DNA from: Flavobacteriales bacterium
GTDB taxonomy: Bacteria > Bacteroidota > Bacteroidia > Flavobacteriales > BACL11
Reading direction: 5' to 3'
Length of the DNA: 64,000 nt
NCBI GenBank assembly: GCA_014239655.1
Contig: JAAZYM010000078.1
Coordinates: 39,564 to 103,563, forward strand
Positions 40,294-50,954 of this stretch are shown piece by piece. The notes under the pieces were generated by a model that worked only from the letters and a program-made list of their open reading frames with translations, searched no databases and was not told where the DNA came from. The stretch's first letter is position 1. Each line of letters begins with the position of its first letter. The translations under genes were made by a program, and so were the position numbers.

Positions 40294-41590
40294 CTAAGGT
40301 AAATTTTAATAAATCAAATGTCGGTTTTGCTTTAATCAAACATTCCTCATATTCTTTCATTGGTATAGATTTTGAGGTAATGGCTCCGCCAACAGACAAG
40401 GACAAATATTTTGTTGAGCTGTCATATAAAAGACTACGAATTACAACATTAAAATCAAAATCTCCAGATGGAGTGACATAACCAACAGAACCTGAAAATA
40501 AGCCGCGCTTACTCTCCTCGTATTTCTCAATCAAATTTAAAGCCTTGAACTTTGGTGCACCAGTCATTGAACCCATTGGAAATGTTGTCTTAACAACATC
40601 TGTAAAATCTGTTTCATCGCTAACTTCTGAAGATACTGTAGAGATCATTTGATGCACATTAGAAAAAGTATAAACACCACATAATACATCAACATTTACT
40701 GAGCTATCTTGTGCAGTCACGGACAAATCGTTTCTTACAAGATCAACTATCATTATATTCTCGGACAATTCTTTCTGGTCTTTTAATAAATCATGAAATA
40801 ACTCAGAATCTTTCTTAGAATCATGAGATCTCCTACTTGTGCCCTTAATCGGTTGAGAAATAATTTTATTTTTTTTCTTATATAAGTATCGTTCTGGACT
40901 ACAACCAATAACACTGATATTATCAATATTAAGAAACGAAGAGAAGGGAGATCTTGTTGTTTTGTTTAAATTATAAAAAAGCTTAGGCGAAGATATATCT
41001 GCCAATTCATTATAAAATTCTTGACAAAAATTCATCTCATAAATATCCCCTCTCTGTATATGCTCTTTAATACGTCTAACTTTATTCAAATAAGATTCTT
41101 TTGTTTCTCTTCTTTCTAAACTTAATGAGTTAATCTTTTTTTTATCTATCTCTGTATTCATGATTTCTTTGTAAATACAATCTATCTTATCTTTATTATC
41201 GAACGTTTCGATAGTTAGAATATTATCTTTAAGCAGAAACACGTGTTTAGGAACAAAAAAGACTGTGTTTTCAATATAAAAATTATCTGTATTTTCTGAG
41301 CGCAAATCATAAATCTCATTCTTCAAATCATAAGAAAAACAACCAAACAACCAGTCATTCTCCTCCTTATAAAAATACTTTAACTTATTAAATGAATCAT
41401 TACTAGATCTTAATACTTTAATGGAATCAAATGCGAAAATTGCATCATATTGAAAATATCTTTCCGGGAATTTTCCTTGAGAAAAATTTGAATCTAATAA
41501 ACATGAGTATTTATACTTGTGAGTATAAAAAATCATTTTATTTATAAAGTCTTCTTTATTAATAATCTGATATGTAAAATTATTTCGCAC
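40283..41590 (-). CDS. pabB: Aminodeoxychorismate synthase component I (chorismate-binding)
   Basis: GDIYE, SPERY, PIKGT, ENIMIVDLVRNDL and FPMGSMTGAPK motifs. Confidence 0.85.
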   Translation of the reverse strand: MRNNFTYQIINKEDFINKMIFYTHKYKYSCLLDSNFSQGKFPERYFQYDAIFAFDSIKVLRSSNDSFNKLKYFYKEENDWLFGCFSYDLKNEIYDLRSENTDNFYIENTVFFVPKHVFLLKDNILTIETFDNKDKIDCIYKEIMNTEIDKKKINSLSLERRETKESYLNKVRRIKEHIQRGDIYEMNFCQEFYNELADISSPKLFYNLNKTTRSPFSSFLNIDNISVIGCSPERYLYKKKNKIISQPIKGTSRRSHDSKKDSELFHDLLKDQKELSENIMIVDLVRNDLSVTAQDSSVNVDVLCGVYTFSNVHQMISTVSSEVSDETDFTDVVKTTFPMGSMTGAPKFKALNLIEKYEESKRGLFSGSVGYVTPSGDFDFNVVIRSLLYDSSTKYLSLSVGGAITSKSIPMKEYEECLIKAKPTFDLLKFTLDEE

Positions 41591-41641
41591 AAGGCAAAAA
41601 TATAAAATACGTAAACAATAAATTTACTACATTTGAACTTA

Positions 41642-42046
41642 ATGAAGAAATATCTAATTATATTACTGTTAACTCCTCTTCCATTGTTCTCACAAATATT
41701 TAATCAAAAATCAGATCTAATAAAAATAAAATATGAATCAGATCTTGATAATCTAATTAATAAAAATCATAAAATAAACCAACAAAAAGACGGTATATTA
41801 GGATGGAGGGTTCAATTAACCTTTAAAAGCACAAAAGAAGAAATTAAAAAAATAAGAGTAAACTTTATAAAACTATACCCTGAAATACCTACGTATCTAA
41901 CATATGACTCTCCATATTATAGAATATGTGTAGGTAATTTTAGATCAAAACATGAAGCTATTAAGCTGAACAACTTTATTAGAAAAAACTATATTGAAGC
42001 GTATCCGGTTCAGAAAATCATCCCAATCTCCTTATTACGGAATTAA
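41642..42046 (+). CDS. SPOR-domain-like secreted protein
   Basis: Signal peptide; GWRVQL and [16 protein letters not shown] motifs. Confidence 0.8.
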   Translation: MKKYLIILLLTPLPLFSQIFNQKSDLIKIKYESDLDNLINKNHKINQQKDGILGWRVQLTFKSTKEEIKKIRVNFIKLYPEIPTYLTYDSPYYRICVGNFRSKHEAIKLNNFIRKNYIEAYPVQKIIPISLLRN

Positions 42047-44526
42047 CTTAACTCTCTCTTTATCTCGATATTATCGTATCCTTCAATAATATCTCCTACC
42101 TTAATATCATTAAAATTCTCAATTGACATTCCACATTCAAAACCTTTCTTGACCTCATTTACATCTTCCTTAAATCTTTTTAAAGAAGATAGGTTCCCAG
42201 TGTAGACCACAACACCATCTCTAATTAATCTAACCTTACTTTTTCTTGAAAGGTTTCCATCCAGAACCATACAGCCAGCAATAGTCCCAACCTTTGATAT
42301 TTTAAAAATATCTCTAATTTCTATATTACAAATAATCTTCTCTTCAACATCAGGGCTTAACATTCCTTCCATTGCTAATTTTAAATCCTCTATAGCTTTA
42401 TATATTATAGAGTAAAGTCTAATGTCTATATTTTCAGTTTCTGCTAATTTTCTAGCCTGTAATGATGGTCTAACTTGAAAACCAATAACTATTGCATTAG
42501 ATGCAGCAGCCAGCATAACATCAGATTCTGAAATTTGTCCAACTGCTTTCTGAATAATATTGATTTTTATTTCTTCATTTGATAATCCTTCTAAAGAATC
42601 TGAAAGGGCTTCAATAGAACCATCAACATCACCCTTAACAATAATATTAATCTCCTGAAACTCACCTAATGCTATCCTTCTTCCTATCTCGTCTAGCGTT
42701 AAATGCTTCTGTGTTCTTACACTCTGTTCTCTCTCCAATTGCATCCTTTTAGTTGCAATCTTCTTTGCTTCCTGTTCACTATCCATTACAAAAAACTCAT
42801 CTCCAGCAGTAGGAGCACCATCCAAACCAAGTAGGACTACTGGAGTAGAAGGACCTGCTTCATCTCTCTTATTACCTCTTTCATCAAGCAATGCTTTAAC
42901 TTTCCCAGAACATCTTCCTGCCAAAACATAATCACCAACCTTTAAAGTTCCTTTTTGCACTAAAATAGTTGACAAGAAACCTTTTCCTTTATCAAGAGAT
43001 GCTTCAACTACTGTTCCTTGAGCATTTCTATTAGGATTTGCCTTTAACGCCAACATCTCTGATTCTAACAATACCTTCTCTAATAACTCTTGAATACCAG
43101 TACCTTCTTTCGCAGAAATATCATTAGACTGATACTTTCCTCCCCAATCCTCCACCAGCATGTTAATTTCTGCTAATTCCCCTTTTATTTTTTCTGGATC
43201 TGCTGTAGGAATATCAATCTTATTAATTGCAAAAATTATAGGAACTCCTGCAGCTTGCGCATGACTAATTGCCTCTTTAGTTTGTGGCATAACCTTATCA
43301 TCAGCAGCCACAACAACAATGACAATATCTGTTACTTTTGCACCCCTTGCTCTCATTGCCGTAAATGCAGCATGACCAGGTGTATCTAAAAAAGAAATCT
43401 TCTTATTATCTTTTAGGGTTACCTCATAAGCTCCTATATGCTGAGTTATACCGCCAGATTCTCCAGCAATAACATTACTATTTCTAATATAATCCATTAA
43501 AGATGTCTTCCCATGATCTACATGGCCCATTATAGTTACAATAGGTGCCCTAGGTATCATGTCTTCCTCATTATCAACTTCTTCTTGAATATCTTCTTGA
43601 ATATCTGCTGTAACAAATTCCACTTCAAGACCAAAATCCTCTATTAACATCTCAATAGTCTCAGCATCTAACCTCTGATTCATACTCACCATGATACCTA
43701 AACTCATACATGAAGTTATAATCTCTGTTACACTAATATTCATAAGTGAGGCTAATTCATTAGCTGTAGCAAATTCTGTTATCTTAATAACCTTATCTGA
43801 CTTAACCTGTTCTTCTATCTCTTGATCTAAGATTGCCTTATGCGCATCCCTTTTTTCTTTTCTGTTCTTTACGGAAGATTTTTTTCCAGAACCTTGAAGT
43901 TTAGCAAGGGTTTCTCGAACTCTCTTTTGCGCTTCCTCAGGAGAAATCTCAATATTTTTTGTTTTTGGCTTTCTAGAATTATTAAACTTTTTTGGATCAA
44001 TCTTTTTCTTTAAAATCCTTTTTCTTTTCTTTTTAGAATCTTCCGTATTTATATTTGATGCTGCAGCTGGCTTATCAAATTTTGTTAAATCAATCTTTTT
44101 CCCAGTTTGTGTTACCCCTTTTATCTTCTTGGATTTTGCTTTTATTAAATCATCATTTTTTTTATCAAGACTTTCATCGGTACTGGTATCCTTATTTACT
44201 TCTAAATCCTTCTTAACTTTTATAGCAATTTTATTTTTCTCCTTTAGAATATCCTGCTCTTCTTTTAACCTCCCCTCCTCCTCTTGTTTAATAATTTCTT
44301 CAGCTTTCTTAAGTTCCTGTTCTTTCGCTAATAATTGTGCAGAGATTTTAGCTGCTTTAGAGGAATCAAATTCCTCAAGTAATTGCATATATACATCCTT
44401 AGAGATCTTTGAATTAGGATTTAACCCAGAGATTCCTTTGTTAGATAAAAACTCTAATATCCTATCAATCTTTACATTAAATTCTCTAACTAACTTACTT
44501 AATCTTACACTATCCTGTTTAGACAT
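42043..44526 (-). CDS. infB: Translation initiation factor IF-2
   Basis: [23 protein letters not shown] and NKID motifs. Confidence 0.99.
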   Translation of the reverse strand: MSKQDSVRLSKLVREFNVKIDRILEFLSNKGISGLNPNSKISKDVYMQLLEEFDSSKAAKISAQLLAKEQELKKAEEIIKQEEEGRLKEEQDILKEKNKIAIKVKKDLEVNKDTSTDESLDKKNDDLIKAKSKKIKGVTQTGKKIDLTKFDKPAAASNINTEDSKKKRKRILKKKIDPKKFNNSRKPKTKNIEISPEEAQKRVRETLAKLQGSGKKSSVKNRKEKRDAHKAILDQEIEEQVKSDKVIKITEFATANELASLMNISVTEIITSCMSLGIMVSMNQRLDAETIEMLIEDFGLEVEFVTADIQEDIQEEVDNEEDMIPRAPIVTIMGHVDHGKTSLMDYIRNSNVIAGESGGITQHIGAYEVTLKDNKKISFLDTPGHAAFTAMRARGAKVTDIVIVVVAADDKVMPQTKEAISHAQAAGVPIIFAINKIDIPTADPEKIKGELAEINMLVEDWGGKYQSNDISAKEGTGIQELLEKVLLESEMLALKANPNRNAQGTVVEASLDKGKGFLSTILVQKGTLKVGDYVLAGRCSGKVKALLDERGNKRDEAGPSTPVVLLGLDGAPTAGDEFFVMDSEQEAKKIATKRMQLEREQSVRTQKHLTLDEIGRRIALGEFQEINIIVKGDVDGSIEALSDSLEGLSNEEIKINIIQKAVGQISESDVMLAAASNAIVIGFQVRPSLQARKLAETENIDIRLYSIIYKAIEDLKLAMEGMLSPDVEEKIICNIEIRDIFKISKVGTIAGCMVLDGNLSRKSKVRLIRDGVVVYTGNLSSLKRFKEDVNEVKKGFECGMSIENFNDIKVGDIIEGYDNIEIKRELS

Positions 44527-44540
44527 ATATAAATTTAATT

Positions 44541-45782
44541 TTAATCCTCAAGCTCTGATTTAAATATATTCAACACTTCTTCTACCGTTTCCTTCTCCAG
44601 ATCTGTTCTAGCAATTAAATCATTAGCTTCTATAGCCAATACACTTCTAGCGCTATCACACCCTATTGCTTTTAAAGCATCTAAAACCCAATCTTCAATC
44701 TCATCTACAAACTCATCAATTGCCACATCATCTTCGTAGCTTGCTGCATCTCTAAAGACATCAATCTCATAACCAGTTAATCTACCTGCAAGACCAATAT
44801 TATTTCCTCCTCTGCCAATAGCCAAAGAAACTTGATCAGCATCCATTATAACTTTTGCTCTATTATTTTCTTCATCAATAGTTACTGAATTTATTTTTGC
44901 AGGACTTAATGCTCTAGTAATTAATAACTGCTGGTTCTCTGTAAAATTAACTACATCAATATTTTCATTCCTTAATTCTCTAACTATTCCATGTATTCTA
45001 GACCCTTTCATTCCTACACAAGCTCCAACAGGATCAATCCTATCATCATATGACTCAACACATACCTTAGCTCTCTCTCCAGGATTTCTCACAACATTTT
45101 TAATTGTAATAATACCATCAAAAACTTCAGGAACCTCCATCTCAAACAACCTTTCAATAAACTCAGTTGCAATCCTTGAAAGAACAATATTAGCCTTATT
45201 GTTCTTAATATTTACCTCCTTAATAATTGCTCTTACAGATTCTCCTTTTTTAAAGAAATCTTTTGGTATCTGTTCTGATTTTGGTAATGACATATCATTA
45301 CCTTCATCATCAGTTAATAATATTTCATTTCTCCAAATCTGATAGACTTCCCCGTGAACAATCTCACCTATCCTAGATTCATACCTTTTAATTAACACAT
45401 CTCTATGTTCTTCATGGATCCTTGAGATTAAATGTTGCCTAATAGATAATACCTGTCTTCTACCAAACTCCGAATCAAAGCTTACTAGCTCTGATAACTC
45501 TTCACCTACTTCATAGTCATCTTCTATTTTAAGAGCATCAGAGAGAGAAATCTGTGAGATCTCATTTTCTACATCCCCATCTGCAACAACCTCTCTGTTT
45601 TTCCATATTTCTAAATCACCTTTATCCACATTAATAATTACATTAAAATTCCCCTCATCATCATATTTTTTTTCTAAAACAGATTTAAAAACATCCTCTA
45701 AGATGTTCATCATTGTTTCTCTGTCAATGTTTTTAACATCCTTGAATTCAGAGAACGATTGAATAAGATTTTCTACTTCCAT
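44541..45782 (-). CDS. nusA: Transcription termination factor NusA
   Basis: [21 protein letters not shown] and AIGRGG KH motifs. Confidence 0.98.
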   Translation of the reverse strand: MEVENLIQSFSEFKDVKNIDRETMMNILEDVFKSVLEKKYDDEGNFNVIINVDKGDLEIWKNREVVADGDVENEISQISLSDALKIEDDYEVGEELSELVSFDSEFGRRQVLSIRQHLISRIHEEHRDVLIKRYESRIGEIVHGEVYQIWRNEILLTDDEGNDMSLPKSEQIPKDFFKKGESVRAIIKEVNIKNNKANIVLSRIATEFIERLFEMEVPEVFDGIITIKNVVRNPGERAKVCVESYDDRIDPVGACVGMKGSRIHGIVRELRNENIDVVNFTENQQLLITRALSPAKINSVTIDEENNRAKVIMDADQVSLAIGRGGNNIGLAGRLTGYEIDVFRDAASYEDDVAIDEFVDEIEDWVLDALKAIGCDSARSVLAIEANDLIARTDLEKETVEEVLNIFKSELED

Positions 45783-45788
45783 TAAATT

Positions 45789-46244
45789 TTATTTAAAGTT
45801 TATTTTCAATTTTGTTTCTTTTATTTCTTCAAAAGGTATCATAACATCATTTAATGTATATTGTTTGTTATTTCCCTTGTCTTTCTTTAACACTTCTAAG
45901 GTTATATTATCATTATATTCTTTCAAAAGACCAGAGATTTTTTTACCATCCCTCTTTTTTACCACAACCTCTTGTCCTTGATGTTTCAAGTATTGCTCTT
46001 TTATCTTCAAGGGATTTGTAAGTCCAGGGGAACATACTGTTAATTCATAATCTTCATCATCCCTGTCAAAATTATCATGTATATGCCTGCTTATTGCTAA
46101 GCAATCATCTACATGAACTCCACTATCTCTATCAAAATATATTGTAATAACATTAGTGTTGCTAACTGTTATATCAACAATATAACCATTTAGCTCAACA
46201 GCCTTTTCTAATGCAACCTTTCTTATGTCTTCTTTTAATAACAT
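45789..46244 (-). CDS. rimP: Ribosome maturation factor RimP
   Basis: DDCLAISR and YELTVCSPG motifs; first gene of rimP-nusA-infB. Confidence 0.93.
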   Translation of the reverse strand: MLLKEDIRKVALEKAVELNGYIVDITVSNTNVITIYFDRDSGVHVDDCLAISRHIHDNFDRDDEDYELTVCSPGLTNPLKIKEQYLKHQGQEVVVKKRDGKKISGLLKEYNDNITLEVLKKDKGNNKQYTLNDVMIPFEEIKETKLKINFK

Positions 46245-46249
46245 GGCTT

Positions 46250-46278
46250 AATAAAAGAAGGGGCTCCTGCCCCTTCTC
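46250..46278 (-). promoter_or_regulatory. rimP leader hairpin / attenuator
   Basis: Minus strand GAAGGGGC-AGGA-GCCCCUUC-UUUUAUU lies between a TATCTTTG promoter (46300-46307) and the rimP ATG. Confidence 0.7.
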
Positions 46279-46353
46279 ATTCATTCATATTTTTCCATGC
46301 AAAGATACAATCTTTTTCTTAATCATGCAAAAACAAGCAAAATTGTTTATATA

Positions 46354-47496
46354 CTAATTAAGAGCTTCCGCTTTCTTTTTTGATGTATTAAAAAAGTCTT
46401 CAGGGCCTGTAGTAAGGTCTCTACTCATCTGATAAGCTTTTTCAAACATCTGTTTAGCTTGTAATGTGTCTCCTGATGCTAATAGTATATCTCCCATAGA
46501 ATCATATGCATTAGGCTCATCAGGATGAACAGTAATATATACATCTAGATGGTTTTTTGCTGCATCCATATCTCCTTTCTCCATCATAAAATATGCCATC
46601 ATATTATTCAATATGCTTGATTCAGGAAATCTCTTTAAGCCAATCTTCACATTAGCAATCCTTTTGTCAATATCTTCTAAATAATACGCGTACCAAGCTC
46701 TTAATAATGGGTCATTAGCTGCGTATAACAAAGCATCCTCATACTTACTTAATCTTTCCTCCTTAGATGAAGATGGTGTCATTGTCTTAATAGTATACCT
46801 TTCAGCTAATGAAGCTCCTTCTAATTTTGGTTCAATCTCATCTATTAAAGCAAGTAGCTCATCCTTTTTTCCATTAAGATATAAATAATGCATCTTGCCT
46901 AAATGAGCAACTGCTAAATTTGGATCTAACTCTACAAGACTATCAGAATAAGCTAATGCATCATTATTTCTCAGATTAGCCATAGCATATCTCATGCTAT
47001 TATACATTGATAATGCCCCCTCAACTTCAGTAGACGGCCATACAAAAGAATTTGATGCTCTATTAAGATCCCAATTCATCCATGAATGTCTCTTAAAAAC
47101 TAACTTACCCATTTGCTTTCCAATTATTGAATGGAAACCAGATTTTGTTGTTTTTATTCCAGAAACATAACCGCTTAAATTACCATAAACACTAGCTACA
47201 TTTCCAAAAACTTCAATATCTCTTACTTCAGCAACCATAGAGTCTTCATAAAACCATTCTGCTTTTATTTTACTGTGATCATTTACCCAATCTGGCCTTC
47301 CTACCCATCCATTAGATAAATTATATAGCATAATTGAATCCCCTATATTCTCTTTAAAAGATAAAATAGCATCCTCACCATCAATCTGATCTGAGAAATG
47401 TGTAAGAACAAAATCTTCGACCTTGTTTTTATCTAACGATGAATTACATGCTGAAAATATTACAGCAAAAAATAATAAATAAATTGTCTTTTTCAT
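46354..47496 (-). CDS. Lipoprotein with putative NTF2-like N-terminal domain and TPR repeats
   Basis: MKKTIYLLFFAVIFSAC lipobox; C-terminal HPDEPNAYDSMGDILLASGD...AKQMFEKA TPR pattern. Confidence 0.7.
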   Translation of the reverse strand: MKKTIYLLFFAVIFSACNSSLDKNKVEDFVLTHFSDQIDGEDAILSFKENIGDSIMLYNLSNGWVGRPDWVNDHSKIKAEWFYEDSMVAEVRDIEVFGNVASVYGNLSGYVSGIKTTKSGFHSIIGKQMGKLVFKRHSWMNWDLNRASNSFVWPSTEVEGALSMYNSMRYAMANLRNNDALAYSDSLVELDPNLAVAHLGKMHYLYLNGKKDELLALIDEIEPKLEGASLAERYTIKTMTPSSSKEERLSKYEDALLYAANDPLLRAWYAYYLEDIDKRIANVKIGLKRFPESSILNNMMAYFMMEKGDMDAAKNHLDVYITVHPDEPNAYDSMGDILLASGDTLQAKQMFEKAYQMSRDLTTGPEDFFNTSKKKAEALN

Positions 47497-47532
47497 ACCT
47501 GTTATTGTTTTAGTTATTTTTGATTTATAACC

Positions 47533-47564
47533 TAAAAGGCCCACAAAAATATGCGGGCCTTTTA
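47533..47564 (-). terminator. Intrinsic terminator after the T9SS surface protein
   Basis: taaaaggccc...gggcctttta inverted repeat. Confidence 0.75.
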
Positions 47565-47583
47565 TAATTTTATAACTATAAAA

Positions 47584-50565
47584 TTATTGTAAAATTACTT
47601 TCTTAGTAAGAATACTATCTATCTTTCTTAGTTTAACAAAATATATTCCATTTGAATAATTTGATAAATCTAATTGATTAGAATATTTAACATTATTATG
47701 TTCTAAGTTTTCATTATATATTTCATCTCCTAATACATTCATAATTGAGAGAGAAATAATATTATTATTCACAAACTCTATATTAAGCAATCCACTTGTT
47801 GGATTAGGATATAGTAATAATGTAGAAGGATCTAAATCATTAATATCCGTGCTTGTATAAACATATTGATTACTCCAATCTTGACATCCATTTGAATCGG
47901 TAACAGCACACCAATAAGTTCCGCTTGAATCTGGAAGTATCCATTGTGTTGTCTCATTGGTATTCCACTCATATGTATATGGAGGTGTACCAGTTGATAC
48001 AATTACAGATAATGTGTCACCATTTTGAACTACTGTAGCGTCAGTTGGACTATCATGAATTGTAAGATCTAGCGTTACTGTACTATCACAACCATTAACA
48101 TCAGTATATACATTAGTATACATTCCTGTTGAATCATAAGTCACACCATCCCAGTCATATGAATCACAAGCAGACATTGTAACTGTTGATGAACTACTAT
48201 TGTTAATTGTAAGATCTAACGTTACTGTACTATCACAACCATTTGAACCAGTATATACATTAGTATACATTCCTGTTGAATCATAAGTCACACCATCCCA
48301 GTCATATGAATCACAAGCAGTGATTGCAACCGTTGATGATGAACTGTAGTTAATTGTAAGATCTAACGTTACTGTACTATCACAACCATTAACATCAGTA
48401 TATACATTAGTATACATTCCTGTTGAATCATAAGTCACACCATCCCAGTCATATGAATCACAAGCAGACATTGTAACTGTTAACATAGGATCGCAACAAA
48501 TAATCTGTGAAAAAGATTGAATATCAACATGGCCTAATTCAGAAGTGATTGTTGTTGTGAAATTCAATAACGTGGTATTTGGATTAACAAATAGATTGCT
48601 GAATGTAGCAGTAGAAACATAACCATTCGTTGAGGAATTTCCATCTGCAGGACTTGTAGCAATAACACTTACGCCTCCAGTACTTAGATTTGCAACTCCA
48701 AAAGTACCCAAGACAACTCCAGAAGGATCAACTGACTCTACTTCAAAGTCATCTACAGTATTTATTGTACTTAATACTAGGTTCGAGTTTACATTAGTGC
48801 CACCAGCAAATAAAACATTCGCACTACCAACAACATCACCAACAACTAAACCAGTGATATCAAATGAGCCTCCATCAGAAACAAAAACTGCTGAATCAAT
48901 ATCAGCTTCACCCGCATCTTGAGACACATCAATAGTTAAGTCAGTTAAAGTATTACATGTATTATCTGATGTCCCAACAGTAACAGTTGGTGAAAAATCA
49001 ATACATGACATATAATGTGTGAAACTTTGATTATCAACCTCCCCTAATTCAGAAGTAATTGTTGAATTGAAATTTAGCATTCCACTTGTTGGATTATGAA
49101 ATACACTATTGAATGTTACACTAGATGAATTTCCACCAGTTAATGAATTATTATCTCCAGGGCTTGTAGCGGTTATACTAATACCTCCTCCACTTAAATT
49201 CTCAATTGAGAATGAATTTCCTAATGAATCAGAAATCACTGCAGTAGTACCAGTTAAAGAACTAACATATAAGCTAGTGTTATACGTTCCAAGGCTATTA
49301 GTAAATGAAGCAGATCCAATATTATCTCCAATAGCCATTGATGATATTGTAAATGAACCTCCATCAGAAACAAATAAAGCGCTTGCCATATCTGTCTCCC
49401 CAGCATCTTGACTAACATTAATTGTTAAGCTAGATAAACTATCACAATCATAATTAGATAATGATGTTGAAACTGTAGGTGAAAAATCAGCACAAGACAT
49501 TAATACATTGATTGATTGATTATCAACTTGCCCAATCTCTGAAGTAATTGTTGAAGTAAAACCTAAAACTCCAACACTTGTATTATTATAAATATTAGTA
49601 AGAGTTACAGAAGATGAATTTCCGCTTGTTGTATAATTATTATCTCCAGGACTTGTTGCGCTTACACTAACACCTCCTCCACTTAGATTCTCAATCAAAA
49701 AAGAATTAGAAAAATTATCAACCAAAGTAGCAGAGCTTCCACTTACACTACTTACAAATAAATCAGTAGTATATGTATTAGATGTAGTAGTTACAGTAGC
49801 GTATCCTACCATATTTCCGACACTCAATGATGCCAAATCAAATGAACCTCCATCGGTCATAAATAAAGAAGCATCCATATCAATTTCACCAGCATCCTGA
49901 CTTACCTGAATAGTTACATCAGTTAAAAGTCCGCAGTCATTATTAGATAAAATTAGATTCACGCTAGGAGAAAAGTCAGCACATCCCATAAACTGAACAA
50001 TGGATTGATTGTCAACATCCCCTAACTCAGAGGTAATAGTAGATGAAAACGTTAATACTGATGTTGACGGATTAACAAACAAATTATTAAACGTTGCATT
50101 TGATGTGTATCCTCCTGTTGTCGTGTTGCCATCACCAGGACTTGTTGCTGTAATCTCAATCCCATTAGTTAGATTCTGAAGAGTGAAAGACCCTAATGTT
50201 CCACTGTTATCAACAGAAAGCACAATAGTACTCCAAGAAGATGTTGCGCCAACAATTAAGGTAGAGTTAATTGTAACACCAGAAGTTAATGTCATATCTG
50301 CTGTTCCTAATGTATCTCCAACATTTACACTTGCTAAATCAAATGAACCCGCATCTGATGTAAATACAGAAGAAGCTATATCAGTCTCTCCCTGATCTTG
50401 ACTAACATCAATACTTAAATCAGCAAGCTGTCCGCAATTTAGATTAGATAAGTTAACACCAACTGTTGGTGAGAAGTTTTGTGAATAACTATTTAAAGAA
50501 ATTATAGATGCTGCTAAAAAGAAAAATAGGTTCTTTAAAAAGTTTAAATTGTAGTTTTTTTTCAT
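47584..50565 (-). CDS. Repetitive Ser/Thr/Asp-rich T9SS type A cargo (surface protein or adhesin)
   Basis: Signal peptide; 4 repeats of ~165 aa; 3 repeats of 49 aa; SprB-like GTPPYTYEW; CTD LYPNPTSG...SNGIYFVKL...KKVILQ. Confidence 0.88.
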   Translation of the reverse strand: MKKNYNLNFLKNLFFFLAASIISLNSYSQNFSPTVGVNLSNLNCGQLADLSIDVSQDQGETDIASSVFTSDAGSFDLASVNVGDTLGTADMTLTSGVTINSTLIVGATSSWSTIVLSVDNSGTLGSFTLQNLTNGIEITATSPGDGNTTTGGYTSNATFNNLFVNPSTSVLTFSSTITSELGDVDNQSIVQFMGCADFSPSVNLILSNNDCGLLTDVTIQVSQDAGEIDMDASLFMTDGGSFDLASLSVGNMVGYATVTTTSNTYTTDLFVSSVSGSSATLVDNFSNSFLIENLSGGGVSVSATSPGDNNYTTSGNSSSVTLTNIYNNTSVGVLGFTSTITSEIGQVDNQSINVLMSCADFSPTVSTSLSNYDCDSLSSLTINVSQDAGETDMASALFVSDGGSFTISSMAIGDNIGSASFTNSLGTYNTSLYVSSLTGTTAVISDSLGNSFSIENLSGGGISITATSPGDNNSLTGGNSSSVTFNSVFHNPTSGMLNFNSTITSELGEVDNQSFTHYMSCIDFSPTVTVGTSDNTCNTLTDLTIDVSQDAGEADIDSAVFVSDGGSFDITGLVVGDVVGSANVLFAGGTNVNSNLVLSTINTVDDFEVESVDPSGVVLGTFGVANLSTGGVSVIATSPADGNSSTNGYVSTATFSNLFVNPNTTLLNFTTTITSELGHVDIQSFSQIICCDPMLTVTMSACDSYDWDGVTYDSTGMYTNVYTDVNGCDSTVTLDLTINYSSSSTVAITACDSYDWDGVTYDSTGMYTNVYTGSNGCDSTVTLDLTINNSSSSTVTMSACDSYDWDGVTYDSTGMYTNVYTDVNGCDSTVTLDLTIHDSPTDATVVQNGDTLSVIVSTGTPPYTYEWNTNETTQWILPDSSGTYWCAVTDSNGCQDWSNQYVYTSTDINDLDPSTLLLYPNPTSGLLNIEFVNNNIISLSIMNVLGDEIYNENLEHNNVKYSNQLDLSNYSNGIYFVKLRKIDSILTKKVILQ
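48061..48481. repeat. Three tandem near-identical 147-bp intragenic repeats
   Basis: Units begin at 48061, 48208 and 48355 (tgtaagatcta.cgttactgtactatcacaacc...). Confidence 0.95.
48495..50475 (-). repeat. Four diverged 163-167-aa domain repeats
   Basis: FSP starts at 50475, 49974, 49485 and 48996; shared VSQD.GE.D, DGGSF, ATSP.D.N and TITSE.G.VD.QS motifs. Confidence 0.92.
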
Positions 50566-50733
50566 AATATACTTGTTATGTTAATAAATCTGTTCCTTTC
50601 CCAAGTTTAACAGAAAGACAAATTTATTAAAAAAAACATTCTACCGCAAGAATTTTACTAGAATAAACTTACTTAAAACGAAACAAGTAGGTATTAACAC
50701 CTATCTAAAGAGGAGTACAAGGAGGGGAGAAAG

Positions 50734-50806
50734 TTGCCCGACTAGGGATCGAACCTAGACTCTTCTGCACCAAAAACAGACGTGTTGCCAATTACACCAT
50801 CGGGCA
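50734..50806 (-). tRNA. tRNA-Gln(TTG)
   Basis: TGCCCGATGGTGTAATTGGCAACACGTCTGTTTTTGGTGCAGAAGAGTCTAGGTTCGATCCCTAGTCGGGCAA folds as a cloverleaf. Confidence 0.96.
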
Positions 50807-50954
50807 AATAAATTTTGAAAAGCAAAAATAGAAATAATTAATTACCAGCAAAAAGAAATTAATCAATTCCTTGATAAGGTAAAATTTAATAGTTAAACTA
50901 ACTTTAAATTTATAAATTCGCATTCACAAATTAACATCAAACTAAACATAAATA

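Noticed and set aside
40283-41590. pabB without an adjacent glutamine amidotransferase
   Set aside because: An unlinked or shared pabA/trpG is common.
48061-48481. Repeats considered as a CRISPR array or DGR template/variable repeat pair
   Set aside because: Units are contiguous in-frame 147-mers with no unique spacers, differences are not adenine-specific, and no cas or reverse transcriptase gene is present.
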